From an uncultured Anaerolineales bacterium (GTDB lineage Bacteria > Planctomycetota > Phycisphaerae > FEN-1346): 64,000 nucleotides of DNA. The notes beneath the pieces were generated by a model, which ran no database searches, was not told where the DNA came from, and saw nothing but the letters and a program-made list of their open reading frames with translations. The translations under genes were made by a program, and so were the position numbers. The DNA lies in NCBI GenBank assembly GCA_964539385.1, contig CAZIJC010000002.1:16001-80000 (forward strand), read 5' to 3'. This document shows, in pieces, positions 19,944-27,990 of the stretch (positions are counted from its first letter, which is position 1; each line of letters opens with the position of its first letter).

Positions 19944-20861
19944 CTATTTCACGCAGTACTCATCGAAGCCAAGGCGCTGGAGTTCGGCCCGCACGTGCTC
20001 GGCCTCCTCCGGCGTCAGGTTTCGCATCGGGGGGCGAGCCGGGCCGCAGTCCAGGCCGACCATCTTCATGACGCTCTTGGCGGCCGGCAGGAACGAACCG
20101 GTCGTCGTGTACAGCAGGTGGATCATCTCGCGGGACCGGCGCTGAAGGTCGCGGGCCGTGTCGAGGTCACCCGCCTCGAACGCCTCCATCATCCGCACGT
20201 ACAGCGGCGCCGAGAAACTGTACGTGCTGCCGACCGCGCCGCGTGCGCCGATCGCCAGGCCGGCGAGCAGCGTCTCGTCGCGGCCGTAGAGGATATCGAA
20301 CCGTCCGTCCGCCACGTCGAGGCACCGTCCATAGTCCATGAGGTCTTCCCAGGTGTACTTAATGCCGGCGAGGGTCGGGATGGCCTCGGTCGCGGCTTCC
20401 AGGAAGTCGGCCATCGGGAACTCGACGCCGGTCATCCCGGGGATGTGGTAATAGTAGAAGGGCAGCGCGGGCGCCGCCTCCGCAACCCGGGCGCAGAACG
20501 CCACCAGGTCCTCGATGGTCTGCGGCTTGAAGAAACACGGCCCCATCGCGCCGATGCCATAGGCGCGGATCTCGGCCGCGTGGGCAGCGAGCGCTTTGGA
20601 CTCGGCCAGACTGTTGTGGCCGACGTGGATGATGACCTTGAACCCGTCGGCCGCCGCGTCCGCCCACCGCCTGGCGACGTCCATCCGCTCGGCGACCGTC
20701 AGCAACAAACTTTCGCCGGTCGTTCCGCACGCGAACACGCCCGCCACGCCGTTTCGCGCCAGCAGGTCGGCGTACGGTTCGACGGCAGCGAGGTTCACGC
20801 CACCGTCTTCAGCCATCGGCGTAAACGGCGCCGCAATCAGCCCTTCGATGCGTTCTGCCAT
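19944..20861 (-). CDS. DapA/NanA-family aldolase (dihydrodipicolinate synthase / N-acetylneuraminate lyase family)
   Basis: The N-terminal region (GLIAAPFTPMAEDGGVNLAAVEPYADLLARNGVAGVFACGTTGESLLLT) is characteristic of the DHDPS/NAL family. A Schiff-base lysine region is present (GIKYTWEDL). Confidence 0.8.
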   Translation of the reverse strand: MAERIEGLIAAPFTPMAEDGGVNLAAVEPYADLLARNGVAGVFACGTTGESLLLTVAERMDVARRWADAAADGFKVIIHVGHNSLAESKALAAHAAEIRAYGIGAMGPCFFKPQTIEDLVAFCARVAEAAPALPFYYYHIPGMTGVEFPMADFLEAATEAIPTLAGIKYTWEDLMDYGRCLDVADGRFDILYGRDETLLAGLAIGARGAVGSTYSFSAPLYVRMMEAFEAGDLDTARDLQRRSREMIHLLYTTTGSFLPAAKSVMKMVGLDCGPARPPMRNLTPEEAEHVRAELQRLGFDEYCVK

Positions 20862-20877
20862 GGCGCGGGTTCCTTCC

Positions 20878-23604
20878 TCATGCGTCTTTCCGCTGGAGCG
20901 TGTAGAGCGTCAGCCCCGCGAGGGCCTTGCGCCGGGCGGGAATGATGAGGCTCGCGACGTATCCGACCACGACGCACGTGACCACGCCGGTGAAACTGTA
21001 CAGCAACAGGTACACGATGCCCGTCCGGCTCACGGTGAACTGGACGGCGGCACTGGCTGCAAGGCCCACGAGCGCGCCGACGCCGTGCGCCCGGCGGCTG
21101 AAGATGCCCAGCAGAAACAGGCCGCCCAGTCCGCCGGCGAACAGGCCGAGAACCTTGCTGAACTCGTCCCACAGACTCTTGACGTCCCATCCCGTCATGA
21201 GCAGCGCGAAGCCCATCCCGGCCAGCCCCACGACGACCGTCACCCATCGGGCCAGGGCGAGGCAGGTGCGGTCCTTCGCGTCCGGCTTGAAGCGGCGGTA
21301 GAAATCCGTGGTGACGGCGGTGGCGACCGAGTTCATGCTGGAATCGAGGCTCGACATCGCCGCCGCGAACAGGGCGGCAATCAGCAGGCCCGCCACGCCC
21401 GTCGGCAACTGCGTCACGATGTACCACGGGAAGACGGCGTCGGCGTTGGCGAGCGTCGGGTTCATCAGGTCCGGCCGCGTCTTGAAGAACGCGTACAGGG
21501 CTGCGCCCATTCCGAAGAAGAGCATCGACCCGGGGATGACCAGGACGGCGTTGGTCCAGATGCCGCGGCCGGCCGCACGCTCGTCCCGGGTCGTCAGGTA
21601 CCGCTGGATGACGGTCTGGTCGCTGCCGTACGAGATGAAGTTGGCGGCCAGTCCGCCCAGCAGGACGACCCAGAAGGTGGGCGTCTGAAGGTCGAACCGG
21701 AAGTCGAAGGTGTGAAACTTGCCGGCCTCGGCGGCGATGTCGATCATGCCGCCCAGGCCGCCCGGAATGTGCGCGAGCATCAGCGCGAGCGACAGCCATG
21801 CGCCGCCCAACAGGACGACCACCTGGAGGACATCGGTCCAGATGACCGCCTCGATACCGCCGAGCACCGTGTAGATGATGCTCAGGACGGCCATCACGAC
21901 GATGCAGACCCGCACGTCGATGCCCGTCACGACGCTCAGGGCGATCGACGGCAGGAACAGGATAATCCCGATCCGCCCCAGGTGCAACAGCATGAACATC
22001 ACGCTGCCGAACAGACGCGCCGCCACGTTGAAACGCTTCTCCAGGTACTCGTACGCCGTGGTCACGTTCAGGCGGCGGAAAAACGGCAGGATCAGGAAGA
22101 TGATCAGCGGCGCGACCATCACGATGGCCACGTTCCCCATGAAGTATCGCCAGTCGGTGGCGAACGTCTTGGCGGGGATGGCCATGAACGTGATGGCACT
22201 CAGTTGCGTGCCATAGATGCTGAGACCCGCCGCCCACCACGGCACGCGGCCGCCCGCCTTGAAGAAGTCGTCGGTCGTCTTTTCGCGCCGCGAGAAGTAC
22301 ACGCCCATCGCCACCAGGGCGGCCAGGTACACGCCCAGCACCGCGTAGTTGATCCATCCGAACGGCCGGGCCGGCGGCGGGTCGGCCTTCCAGACCTTCG
22401 GCGTGCGCACGCCGGGCCGGACCTCGCCGCTGGGGATGAAGATCGAGTCGCCGCGCGCGACCGCCGTCGTCGTCACGGGGCAGGCGCCCGGGAACCGGCC
22501 GACGCGTGTCCACGTGTCGGTGATCGTGTGGTAGGCGAGAAGATCGCGGCTGAAACCGGGATGGTCGTCGAGGATGCGGTTCTTCCCCCTGGTGAGCGCA
22601 TCGGCTTCGGCGCCGTCTCCGCGATCCGTCGCTTCGTCGATCCGGCGTCCGAGGCGCTCGAGTTCGAGGAACCGTTTCCCGTCGCCGCCGCCGAACACCA
22701 GGATGTGACCCGCGCCCGAGGCGACGGCCGACGCCGCCATGATCGAGCGCGGCGGTTCGCCTTGGGGGGCAACGTCGGCCAGGCGCGTCCACGTACCGGT
22801 CTTGGGTTTGTACCGGTAAGCGTCGGTCAGGACCCGTGTCTCGGCGTCGGGGGCGATGTATCGGCCGCTGAAAAGGTAGAAGCAGTCGGTCGCCCCGTCG
22901 CTCTGCGCGGCGGCCACCGGGAGTATGCGCGACGGTCCGGGCCAAGGGGCGAGTTTCTCCCACGCAAAGTCCGGGTTCCGGTCGGTCTCTTTCGGATCGA
23001 ACAGCGACAGGTCCAGCCGCCAGAAATGCTTCGTCGCCCGGGCGCCGGTCATCGTCTCCTGCCCGCCGGCAACGTAGATGGCATCGCCAACCTTGGCGGC
23101 CGCCATGAACGCCAGCGGACGGGGCAGGGACGGAAGCGTGCGATGGATAAGGCCCTGCTCGGCCGCATCGTACGCGACCAGCACCGTCTCGGTGTAGCAG
23201 CGCTGGGCGTCGCATCCCCCGATGCAGAGGATGCCGTGCTTTGTGGTGACCGATGCGCCGTAAGCCAACGGCCGCGGCAGTTTGCACTGCTCGTTGGTTC
23301 GCCATTCGTAGGTGCCGCCGCGAGCGGGTTCGAGGACGAAGGCGTTGTCGTGCCAGACCTTCTTGCCGCCGCCCCACGGCGGCGCGTCGGGGAAGTTCGC
23401 ACCGCCCGCAACGATGAGCCTGCCGCAGTCCACGCCGACGAACGGGCCGGCCACGCCGGGTTGGGTCTGCTGCCCCGGCGCGGGCGGCAGCGGCGGCAGG
23501 TCGGTCCAGGTCAGGGCGTCTCGTGCCGGCGGCTGCGCCTCGGCGCCCAGCGCCGACGACGAGGCAACCATCAGGCAGACGGCCATCGCCAAGAGGCGCC
23601 ACAT
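20878..23604 (-). CDS. fusion protein: N-terminal NanM/YjhT-like Kelch-repeat mutarotase domain plus C-terminal sodium:solute symporter (SSS family)
   Basis: A signal peptide (MWRLLAMAVCLMVASSSALG) leads into Kelch-propeller motifs (GRLIVAGGANFP, HGILCIGGC, AIYVAGGQE, HILVFGGGDG), then 13 predicted TM helices with SSS-like sequence (GRVPWWAAGLSIYGTQLSAITFMAIPA). Start position 23604 was chosen at the signal peptide. Confidence 0.7.
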   Translation of the reverse strand: MWRLLAMAVCLMVASSSALGAEAQPPARDALTWTDLPPLPPAPGQQTQPGVAGPFVGVDCGRLIVAGGANFPDAPPWGGGKKVWHDNAFVLEPARGGTYEWRTNEQCKLPRPLAYGASVTTKHGILCIGGCDAQRCYTETVLVAYDAAEQGLIHRTLPSLPRPLAFMAAAKVGDAIYVAGGQETMTGARATKHFWRLDLSLFDPKETDRNPDFAWEKLAPWPGPSRILPVAAAQSDGATDCFYLFSGRYIAPDAETRVLTDAYRYKPKTGTWTRLADVAPQGEPPRSIMAASAVASGAGHILVFGGGDGKRFLELERLGRRIDEATDRGDGAEADALTRGKNRILDDHPGFSRDLLAYHTITDTWTRVGRFPGACPVTTTAVARGDSIFIPSGEVRPGVRTPKVWKADPPPARPFGWINYAVLGVYLAALVAMGVYFSRREKTTDDFFKAGGRVPWWAAGLSIYGTQLSAITFMAIPAKTFATDWRYFMGNVAIVMVAPLIIFLILPFFRRLNVTTAYEYLEKRFNVAARLFGSVMFMLLHLGRIGIILFLPSIALSVVTGIDVRVCIVVMAVLSIIYTVLGGIEAVIWTDVLQVVVLLGGAWLSLALMLAHIPGGLGGMIDIAAEAGKFHTFDFRFDLQTPTFWVVLLGGLAANFISYGSDQTVIQRYLTTRDERAAGRGIWTNAVLVIPGSMLFFGMGAALYAFFKTRPDLMNPTLANADAVFPWYIVTQLPTGVAGLLIAALFAAAMSSLDSSMNSVATAVTTDFYRRFKPDAKDRTCLALARWVTVVVGLAGMGFALLMTGWDVKSLWDEFSKVLGLFAGGLGGLFLLGIFSRRAHGVGALVGLAASAAVQFTVSRTGIVYLLLYSFTGVVTCVVVGYVASLIIPARRKALAGLTLYTLQRKDA

Positions 23605-23851
23605 GCGTCTCGTTTCCGGGTGTCGTCGCCGGTGTGCCATACGCCGCAGGCTACCGCACCATCCCGCTCGACGCAAGGAAACCGCGCCGGCGGAGCGGCA
23701 AGGTGGCGGGGCGCCGTGCGGCCCCATATTGCGTTGGCGTTGGCGTCGCCGCCGCCCTATCATCCGTTCAAGTTCCTGTCACCGGGGCGGAGGCCGATGC
23801 GCTGAGCGCCATCGAGCCCGCCGCGGGAGCGGCGGGGCACGTACCTGTACG

Positions 23852-25066
23852 ATGAACGCTAATACAAGGAGCTCGCTCTTGATCCGACCACGCACGCTTC
23901 GTCTTTGCCTTGTCGCGACACTGCTCCTGGCTTCGCCGGGGCCTTCGCCCGCTGCGACGAAGCATTCGCTCCCCGCCTTCGACTTCACTCGTCCGGCCGG
24001 GGCGGCGGCCGGGGAAGCCTACAAGACAGGACCCGGCCCGCAGGAGGTCGAGACGATCACCTACGACTGGCTCGACGCGAAACGCGAGCGGCCGGTGCCC
24101 GTCAGGGTGTACTACCCGAAGACCGGCGAGGGAAGCGTGCCGGTCATCGTCTTTTCGCACGGCCTCGGCGGGTCGCGCGACGGATACGCCTACCTCGGCC
24201 GCCACTGGGCGAGTCACGGCTACGTCTCGGTCCACCTCCAGCACAAGGGGAGCGACACCGACGTGTGGCGCGGCAAGGCGAACCCGATGAAAGCGATGCG
24301 CGAGACGGCGGTCGATCCGCGCAACGCCATTGCCCGCACCCGCGACGTCCGCTTCGCCATCGACCGGCTCGAACAGATGAACCGCGAGACGCCGCCGCTC
24401 CGGGGCAGGCTCGACCTGGCGCGCGTCGGCATGGCGGGCCACTCCTTCGGCGCCCACACCACGCTCGCCGTCGCCGGACAGACGTACACCCCGCTGCTTG
24501 GGAAGCCGAAGACGGCCGACCCGCGCGTCAAGGCCGCCATCCCGATGAGTTCACCCGTGCCGGCCCGCACGATCGGCCTCGACGCCGTGTACCAGCACAT
24601 CCGCATCCCGTGCTTCCACATGACCGGCACGCTCGACTCGAGCGTCATCCGCGAGACGGACCCCAAGCAGCGCCGCATCCCGTTCGACCACACCCGCGGC
24701 GCCGACCAGTACCTCGTGACGTTCGAGGGCGGCGACCACATGGTTTTCTCCGGGCACAGGCGCCGCTTCGGCGACGGCGTGAAGGACCCGCTCTTTCACA
24801 ACCTTATCCGCCGGAGCACGACGGCGTTCTGGGACGCGTACCTCAAGGGCGACGCCAAGGCAATGGCGTGGCTGGCCGACGGCGGCTTCGAGACGCTGCT
24901 CGGGGCAAACGGCGTGTTCGAGAAGAAGATCAAACGGCGCGCGAAGCGCGCCCAGCCGGTCGTCGAGCCCGCTGCCGTCGAGCCCGCTGCCATCGAGCCC
25001 GCCGCCGTCGAGCCCGCCGCCGTCGAGCCCGCCGCGGGAGCGGCGGGGCACGTACCAGGCCCATGA
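23852..25066 (+). CDS. secreted alpha/beta-hydrolase (PAF-acetylhydrolase/dienelactone hydrolase-like esterase) with a C-terminal (VEPAA)x5 repeat tail
   Basis: It has a signal peptide (LCLVATLLLASPGPSPAA), a nucleophile elbow GHSFGAH, an HGLGGSRDGY oxyanion region, and a catalytic His (GGDHMVF). The C-terminus reads VEPAAVEPAAIEPAAVEPAAVEPAA. Confidence 0.65.
   Translation: MNANTRSSLLIRPRTLRLCLVATLLLASPGPSPAATKHSLPAFDFTRPAGAAAGEAYKTGPGPQEVETITYDWLDAKRERPVPVRVYYPKTGEGSVPVIVFSHGLGGSRDGYAYLGRHWASHGYVSVHLQHKGSDTDVWRGKANPMKAMRETAVDPRNAIARTRDVRFAIDRLEQMNRETPPLRGRLDLARVGMAGHSFGAHTTLAVAGQTYTPLLGKPKTADPRVKAAIPMSSPVPARTIGLDAVYQHIRIPCFHMTGTLDSSVIRETDPKQRRIPFDHTRGADQYLVTFEGGDHMVFSGHRRRFGDGVKDPLFHNLIRRSTTAFWDAYLKGDAKAMAWLADGGFETLLGANGVFEKKIKRRAKRAQPVVEPAAVEPAAIEPAAVEPAAVEPAAGAAGHVPGP
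24962..25036 (+). repeat. five tandem 15-bp repeats (GTCGAGCCCGCYGCS) encoding (V/I)EPAA x5 at the 3' end of the esterase gene
   Basis: The repeat is directly visible: gtcgagcccgctgcc gtcgagcccgctgcc atcgagcccgccgcc gtcgagcccgccgcc gtcgagcccgccgcg. Confidence 0.9.
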
Positions 25067-27741
25067 TCATCAACCAGAGGAGATCGACTTTGCCGCGACC
25101 GCTCGCCCTCTCTCTTTGCTTTGTCGCGATACTGCTCCTGGCTTCGACCGCGCCTTCGCCCGCCGCGACGAAGCCTTCGCTCCTCGGCTTCGACTTCACC
25201 CGGCCGGGCGGGGCGAGCGGGTGGCGGCCGACGCACGACATCTCGCGCCTGGAAGGCACGCGCGAGGGCTTGGTCATCGAGATCAGCGGCGGCGACCCGT
25301 ACACGATGGGCCCGGCGCTCGACCTGCCTGCCGGTGCGAAACTCTGGCTGCGGATGCGTCTGAAGGCATCGCAGCCCGGCACGTGCCAGGTCTTCTACTG
25401 GAAGCACGGTTCGGGCGCCTCGGAGGCAAAGAGCGTCCGTTTCGCCGTCCCGACGACCCACTGGGTCGAGAAGCGCGTGCCGCTGCCGGCGCTGGGCCCC
25501 AAGACGCACTTCCGCATCGACCCGCCGGGCGCTAAGGGCCGGGCCGTCATCGCCGCCATGACGTTCGAGCCGCGCGTCCTCCATCCCGAACCGAGGTGGC
25601 CGAAGCCGGTGCCGCCGGACTTGGCAGGCGAGACGGTCACCGTACGCTCGGGCGACCTCGTGCTGCGCCACGGCAAGGCGTCGCCGGGCGATTTCGTCGT
25701 CGAGGTCGCGGGCCGGAAGATGGCGACAAGCCTGACGCCATCGCTCATCGGGTACGTCCAGGACAGCGAGGTGCGGTGGATGCCCACCGGCCCGCATCTC
25801 CGCGACGCCGACGGCGCGACGTGGCGCATCGACTGGACGTTTGCGTCAGGCCGGCAGTCCGGGACCGTAGACGTCGCCGTACGGGTCACGGTGGACCGGC
25901 TGCGCGACGTCGTCTTTATGCCGATGTTCTTCCTGGCGCCGGGCGCGGGGTCGTTCGGCAACCAGAAGAATCAGGGCCTCTTTGCGGGCCTGGAGTACCT
26001 GGCGAACGAGCCGTCGAGCAGCGAGGCCGACATCAAGGGGCCTGCCTCGAAGCGGCAGGTGCCCCACAGCCTGAAGATCACCATGCCCCTGATGGCTATC
26101 CAGGCGAACGACCGGTACGTGGGCCTCGCCTGGGAGCGCGACCCGCAGTTTGCTGCCGTCTTCGATTCGCCCGACCGCCTGTTCGGCACGGGCGGCCACG
26201 TCATGGGCCTCATCTTCCCCGGCTCCGACGGCGAGAACCGGCCCGAAGCAAGCCTGATGCCGTACGGCAGCGCGCGGCTGGAGGCAAACAAGCCGCTCGT
26301 CCTGAAGGCCACCATCATCGGCGGCAAGGGCAAGAGCGTGATTCCCGCCGTGCGGCAGTACGTCGCATTGCGCGGCCTGCCGACGGCGCCCGACACGGGT
26401 CTCGATACAGACGGCTACGCGCGATTGGCCGCCGCCGGATGGCTCGACTCGAAGATCCGCGAGGGCGACCTGTATCGCCACGCCTTCTGGCCGAAGTTTG
26501 GACCCCACCCGGCGGCCGACGCGGCCCTCTGGATGGATTACCTCGCCCGGCACACCGGCGACGCGGCGTTGGGGGCGAGGCTCCGGAAGGCGGCGGACGG
26601 CGCGCTGGCGCGAGTCAACCCGCGCGATTACTACCACTCCGGCGTCTCGCACGTCCGCTACCCCGCCGCGCCGCTCACCTACGGCCACGTGGCGGAGGCA
26701 GTGGAGCGAGCGCGGCAGTCGGGGCGCAACGCGCTCAAGCGTTTCGAGCCCGATGGCAGAGTCCTGTATCGGCGGGCGAAGAATAAGCCCGACTTCGGCA
26801 GCACCCATTTCACGCCCGACGCCAACGGCCTGACGGGCCGCGTCGTGAAGGACGTCCTGGAGGCGGCCGCCTTCTGCGGCGACGCGGAACTCATCAAGGA
26901 GGGCCTGCGCGTCCTGCGGGCGCTCGAGGAGTTCGCGAACACCGTCCCGCGCGGAGCGCAAACGTGGGAGATTCCCCTCCACACGCCCGACATCCTCGCC
27001 TCGGCCCATCTCGTCCGCGCCTACACGCTCGGCTACGAACTGACCGGCGAGAAGCACTTTCTCGACCAGGCCCGGTACTGGGCGTGGACGGGCGTGCCGT
27101 TCGTGTACCTCGTCAACCCGACGGGCGGCAAGGTCGGGCCGTACAGCACCATCGCCGTCTACGGCGCGACGAACTGGCGGGCGCCCGTCTGGCTCGGCCG
27201 CCCCGTCCAGTGGTGCGGCTTGGTGTATGCCGATGCGCTGTGGCAGTTTCTGGACGCCGGCCCCGAGGCTTGGGTCGGTCCGTGGTGCGACATCGCGTCG
27301 GGCATCACGGCCGCCGGCATCCAGCACTCCTGGAAGCAGAACGACAAGGATCGCCAGGGCCTGCTGCCCGACTTCTTCCACCTGCGCGACCAGCGACGCG
27401 ACGGCCCCGCCATCAACCCCGGCACGGTTCAGGCCAGCGCCCCGTGGCTGTACGATGGGATGCTCGTCGTGTACGACTTCCATGTGTTCCGCCGCCATGG
27501 GCTCTACGTTCATGCGCCGGGTCCGGTCGCGAAGGACCTGGTGCCGGACGATCGCGTGGTGTTCGTTGTGGAAGGCCCGTCCAGCGGGCCCTACTACGTG
27601 CTCGTCAGCGGCCTGAAGGCCGAGCCGTCCATCCGCCTGGGCGGCAAGGACGTGCCGGTGTCCGACCCCCACCAGTACCTGCCGACCGGCAATCTGATCC
27701 TGAAGGTCGAAGGCTTAGCGCACATCACCATCGTCCCGTAA
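25063..27741 (+). CDS. large secreted hypothetical protein (about 890 aa), possibly a glycan-active enzyme with an N-terminal beta-sandwich domain
   Basis: Its ATG overlaps the esterase stop (ATGA). Its signal peptide and first 50 aa are nearly identical in pattern to those of the esterase. The remainder is W/Y/G-rich, and I recognised no motif. Confidence 0.5.
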   Translation: MIINQRRSTLPRPLALSLCFVAILLLASTAPSPAATKPSLLGFDFTRPGGASGWRPTHDISRLEGTREGLVIEISGGDPYTMGPALDLPAGAKLWLRMRLKASQPGTCQVFYWKHGSGASEAKSVRFAVPTTHWVEKRVPLPALGPKTHFRIDPPGAKGRAVIAAMTFEPRVLHPEPRWPKPVPPDLAGETVTVRSGDLVLRHGKASPGDFVVEVAGRKMATSLTPSLIGYVQDSEVRWMPTGPHLRDADGATWRIDWTFASGRQSGTVDVAVRVTVDRLRDVVFMPMFFLAPGAGSFGNQKNQGLFAGLEYLANEPSSSEADIKGPASKRQVPHSLKITMPLMAIQANDRYVGLAWERDPQFAAVFDSPDRLFGTGGHVMGLIFPGSDGENRPEASLMPYGSARLEANKPLVLKATIIGGKGKSVIPAVRQYVALRGLPTAPDTGLDTDGYARLAAAGWLDSKIREGDLYRHAFWPKFGPHPAADAALWMDYLARHTGDAALGARLRKAADGALARVNPRDYYHSGVSHVRYPAAPLTYGHVAEAVERARQSGRNALKRFEPDGRVLYRRAKNKPDFGSTHFTPDANGLTGRVVKDVLEAAAFCGDAELIKEGLRVLRALEEFANTVPRGAQTWEIPLHTPDILASAHLVRAYTLGYELTGEKHFLDQARYWAWTGVPFVYLVNPTGGKVGPYSTIAVYGATNWRAPVWLGRPVQWCGLVYADALWQFLDAGPEAWVGPWCDIASGITAAGIQHSWKQNDKDRQGLLPDFFHLRDQRRDGPAINPGTVQASAPWLYDGMLVVYDFHVFRRHGLYVHAPGPVAKDLVPDDRVVFVVEGPSSGPYYVLVSGLKAEPSIRLGGKDVPVSDPHQYLPTGNLILKVEGLAHITIVP

Positions 27742-27990
27742 GTTACAAACCGTTTACACCGTCGAGTCAACAATTGGTGTACAACAGGACGAGAGAGGTA
27801 GTGTGCCAGACCGTCCGTGCCTCGCCGGCAGCGGGCTTTTCGCCGGCGAGCGCCATAGGGAAGCCGGAGAATGCGCGGAACCCTATGTGGCAAGCCGCGT
27901 CTATTCAGGAAAGCGCATGCGCGTCTTCGCCGCGCCGGCGGCGAGAGCGAACGTCCGATACCGAAGCACTCAAGGACCATTACCGAGGGC

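Noticed and set aside
23312-23851. N-terminal extension of the esterase ORF (584-aa version)
   Set aside because: The upstream 180 codons are Arg/Pro/Gly-rich and overlap the 5' end of the symporter gene on the other strand. A canonical signal peptide begins at the internal ATG 23852, and the paralogous downstream gene starts at the equivalent position.
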